Part shown: positions 62,301 through 64,000 of the stretch, in pieces
Layout: the number at the start of each line of letters is the position of its first letter
Numbering within the stretch: position 1 is the first letter of the stretch
Assembly (NCBI RefSeq): GCF_002305855.1
Contig: NZ_CP022163.1
Coordinates: 7,131,765 to 7,195,764 of the forward strand
DNA length: 64,000 nucleotides
Direction of reading: 5' to 3'
Source: Melittangium boletus DSM 14713
Lineage (GTDB): Bacteria; Myxococcota; Myxococcia; Myxococcales; Myxococcaceae
Made by a program: the position numbers and the translations under genes
The notes under the pieces: model-generated
The model's database searches: none
What the model saw: only the letters and a program-made list of their open reading frames with translations
What the model was told of the DNA's origin: nothing

Positions 62301-63835
62301 TCGCGACCGCGGCAGACCAGAATGCGGCGGTGGGAGAAGCCCCTGCGGCCCTGCTGGAGGGTGAAGGCGACGTCGGCCAGGGGCTGCTCCGGGTGCTGGC
62401 GCAGGTGGGTGGCGAACCGCTGGGTGACGCTCTCCAGGGCCGTGGGGGTCCGGGCGGACAGGAGCAGCAACTGCCAGGGTCGCGAGGCGCTGGTGGGAGG
62501 GAGCGCGGGGGCCTCCTCGAGCACCACGTGGGCGTTGGTGCCGCCGATGCCGAAGGAACTCACGCCGGCGCGGCGCGGGGTGGGGCCGGCCTTCCACTCG
62601 CGCAGCGTGTCGTTGACGAAGAAGGGGCTGTTGGCGAAGTCGATGCTGGGATTGGGCACGCGGTAATGCAGGCTCGGGGGCATCTGCCGGTGCCGCAGCG
62701 CCTGCACCGTCTTGATGAGGCTGGACATCCCCGCCACCACGTCCAGGTGGCCGATGTTCGGCTTCACCGAGCCCAGGGCGCAGAACCGCTTCGCCTGCGT
62801 GTCGGTCCGGAAGGCCTGGGTGAGCGCGCTCACCTCGATGGTGTCTCCCATCGCCGTGCCCGTGCCGTGCGCCTCCACGTAGCTGATCGTCTCGGGCGAC
62901 ACGTCCGCGGCGTTGAGTGCCTCGATGATGACTTCCGTCTGGCCCGCCACGCCTGGCGCCATGAAGTCCGCCTTGCGCGAGCCATCGTTGTTGATGGCCG
63001 AGCCCCGGATGACCGCGTACACCTGATCGCCGTCGGCGATGGCGTCCGTCAGCCTCTTGAGCACCACCACCGCCACGCCGCTTCCGAAGACCGTGCCCTT
63101 GGCCTCCGCGTCGAAGGCCTGACACCGGCCGTCGGGTGAGAGCACGCCTCCCTCGTACCAGAAGTAGCCCGTCTTCTGGTTGGGCTGCAGCGTCGCCGCT
63201 CCCACCAGCATCATGTCGCACTCGCGGCTCAGCAGGCTCTGGCACGCCATGTGGGTCGCCACCAGCGAGGTGGAGCACCCCGTCTGCACCGACACCCCCG
63301 GCCCCTTCAGGTTGAACTCGAAGCAGAGCCGGTTCGCCATGAAGTCCTTGGCGTTACCCGCTCCCAACTGGAAATGGCCGAGGCCCATCTTCTCCAGCGC
63401 CACCCGGTTGGGGAAGACGTTGAGCAGCAGGTAGAAGTCCGTGCCCACTCCCGCGTAGACGCCCACCCGGCCCTTGTACCGCTCGGGATCGTACCCGGCG
63501 TGCTCCAGCGCCGACCAGCCCGTCTCCAGCAGGAAGCGCAGTTGCGGCGCCGCGATCTCCGCCTCGCGCGGCGTGTAGCCGAAGAAGGCGGCATCGAACT
63601 GGTCGATGTCCTCCAGGTAGGCCCCCGCCCCGCGGAAGTGCGGATCCTTCAACACCTCGGGCTCCACTCCCTGGGCCAGCAGTTCCTGTTCGCTGAAGCG
63701 GGTGATGGACTCCACGCCGTCGCGCAGGTTCGTCCAGAACTCGTCGATGTCCCGGGCCCCCGGGAAGCGGCCCGACATCCCCACCACCGCGATGTCGAAC
63801 TCGCTCACCTGGCTCTCTTCCTGGGCGTTGCTCAT
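59354..63835 (-). CDS. Type I PKS module KS-AT-KR-ACP with a hybrid-type (post-PCP) KS N-terminus
   Basis: KS with 'DIAVVGMSGRFPGARDIDEFW' (NRPS-PKS hybrid style), GCSTS, EAHGTGT, NIGHLDVVAG. AT 'GHSLGEY'. KR 'TGGASGLTRALAEHLA'. ACP 'LGGNSM'. Confidence 0.9.
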   Translation of the reverse strand: MSNAQEESQVSEFDIAVVGMSGRFPGARDIDEFWTNLRDGVESITRFSEQELLAQGVEPEVLKDPHFRGAGAYLEDIDQFDAAFFGYTPREAEIAAPQLRFLLETGWSALEHAGYDPERYKGRVGVYAGVGTDFYLLLNVFPNRVALEKMGLGHFQLGAGNAKDFMANRLCFEFNLKGPGVSVQTGCSTSLVATHMACQSLLSRECDMMLVGAATLQPNQKTGYFWYEGGVLSPDGRCQAFDAEAKGTVFGSGVAVVVLKRLTDAIADGDQVYAVIRGSAINNDGSRKADFMAPGVAGQTEVIIEALNAADVSPETISYVEAHGTGTAMGDTIEVSALTQAFRTDTQAKRFCALGSVKPNIGHLDVVAGMSSLIKTVQALRHRQMPPSLHYRVPNPSIDFANSPFFVNDTLREWKAGPTPRRAGVSSFGIGGTNAHVVLEEAPALPPTSASRPWQLLLLSARTPTALESVTQRFATHLRQHPEQPLADVAFTLQQGRRGFSHRRILVCRGREDALSVLDAQDLSRMPSNLMEASERPVAFMFPGGGAQYPDMARELHDSEPVFRQEVERCARFLQPHLGLDLRSLLYPFPDKAEEASRLLQRGLYGLPALFTTEYALARLWLSFGIRPQALIGHSLGEYAAACLAGVFSLEDALTLVLTRARLFESLPSGAMLSVSLPEAHVRSRLAPGLSLAAINAPSLCVVSGPSDAIDSLQRQLSSEGTECHRVRISVSSHSEMVEPILPEFSRVLSSLRFHSPSLPFVSNVTGTWATDEVATPAYWARHLRHTVRFSEGLRTLLSDSSRVLLEVGPGQVLSSLAKQHSRSTPVFSSTRHPQEKQSDSAFLLSTLGRLWMEGVPVDWMGFYAHERRRRVPLPSYPFERQRYWMDPPDAKEATQGKRERMANRETDLADWFHAPSWKQSNTSTPVRGDERVQESASPGRWLFFQDEQGVGEALALELEKAGHQVLTVKPGEGFTHPSPTTFTIDPVSPTDHEALLRHLHERDQRPTAIVHLWNVTGEDNASTPRKRYETAWRQGFQSLRHLAQALGARPANAGEVLPVHVLTSHLQAVTGEESLHPEKALVLGACEALSREYPHLRAHPIDVVTPAKGTPQAARLVRQLFAEVTSGHETNPVALRGPRRWVRSQEPLKLAPATSEPRLRQRGTYLLTGGASGLTRALAEHLARTVQARLVVVGRTELPMSEVQALQTQGAEVLTLRAEPGNLEQYQSVLEQTKTRFGALHGVLHAPEEGEEAGGWELLVLAGALEGQALDFCVLQSSPTAPARGMEGASGLASRELIAALVQQRAQESTWAWIGIDWRGPLEGGAQAVQARKGSVLEALTLTPDEAVRAISRVLGTEAPGCVQVSPVTLRLADRRALTETLSGRHEPEASAPRRLHARPSLPSGYEAPRDETERTIAALWQQTFGIEQVGIRDNFFELGGNSMIASQLRPRLVSALGMELPIRVLFEAPTIAELARLVGDLRRAETSKPEP

Positions 63836-64000
63836 GACTTCCTCGTCCTCCGGGCCTCTCGCCGCTGCTTTCCGCGATTCTGGCTTTCTTCATGGCTCGG
63901 GCTCTCCTGCCCGCCCTGCCGCAAGCTCGCCGACAGGTCGCCAATGGTGGGGTTGCCGAAGAGGCTCGCCGCCGACAGCTCCACCTTCAGCGCCGCCCTC
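63832..64000 (-). CDS. 3' end (partial) of an upstream NRPS/PKS gene ending in a carrier-protein domain, translationally coupled to the downstream PKS
   Basis: The reverse-strand frame reads '...LKVELSAASLFGNPTIGDLSASL...', a PCP/ACP helix-3/4 signature. Its TGA stop overlaps the ATG of the PKS at 63833-63835. The gene is truncated by the window edge. Confidence 0.5.
   Translation of the reverse strand, partial: RAALKVELSAASLFGNPTIGDLSASLRQGGQESPSHEESQNRGKQRREARRTRKS

Noticed and set aside
63354-63944. 196-aa minus-strand ORF overlapping the start of the PKS gene
   Set aside because: It is in a different frame from both the PKS (MSNAQ...) and the upstream carrier-protein reading frame. The genuine upstream gene ends at the TGA overlapping the PKS ATG.
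1-64000. CRISPR arrays or other short regularly spaced repeats
   Set aside because: No array-like structure seen on either strand. The only regular tandem repeat is the 294-bp ACP triplet, which is coding.

Overview
This is a 64-kb window from a high-GC, myxobacteria-like genome; all calls are made by eye from motifs and the ORF track, with no database searches. The contents, 5' to 3', are:

1. A low-GC block (1-2000) with a secreted MORN-repeat protein and a conserved hypothetical protein.
2. An insertion-sequence nest (about 2100-8610). It holds an ISAs1-family element, an IS4-family transposase gene split by an intact IS21-family element (istA/istB, 5-bp TSD AAAAT), and an IS5-family element with 19-bp perfect IRs.
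3. A low-GC lipoprotein with an Ig-like domain and seven 'VAW-E' repeats, followed by ffh (SRP54).
4. A roughly 26-kb minus-strand operon (12799-38841) for a hybrid PKS/NRPS lipopeptide-type assembly line. It encodes a FAAL-KR-ACPx3 loader, a KS-AT-KR-ACP module, and a 4396-aa KS-AT-ACP-AMT-Ox-C-A(degenerate)-PCP-Cy-A-PCP-TE megasynthase, plus two type II thioesterases, a PhyH-type dioxygenase and a flavin monooxygenase.
5. A hexaheme cytochrome c lipoprotein, a GreA-like factor and a YegD-like Hsp70.
6. tRNA-Leu(TAA), followed by a roughly 13.5-kb lower-GC island that ends at a 30-bp repeat of the tRNA-Leu 3' end. The island carries a kinase-ATPase-TPR Ser/Thr kinase, a translationally coupled ECF sigma/Ser-Thr kinase pair, and an unusual CBASS-like module: a SAVED-domain protein with a C-terminal HExxH domain, three paralogous CD-NTase-like nucleotidyltransferases and a single E1/E2 Cap2-like protein.
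7. tRNA-Arg(CCG) with a terminator, then a small secreted-protein and partner pair.
8. The end of a second hybrid NRPS-PKS locus: a KS-AT-KR-ACP gene translationally coupled to a partial upstream carrier-protein gene.

The CBASS-like module is the most likely candidate for an undescribed system.
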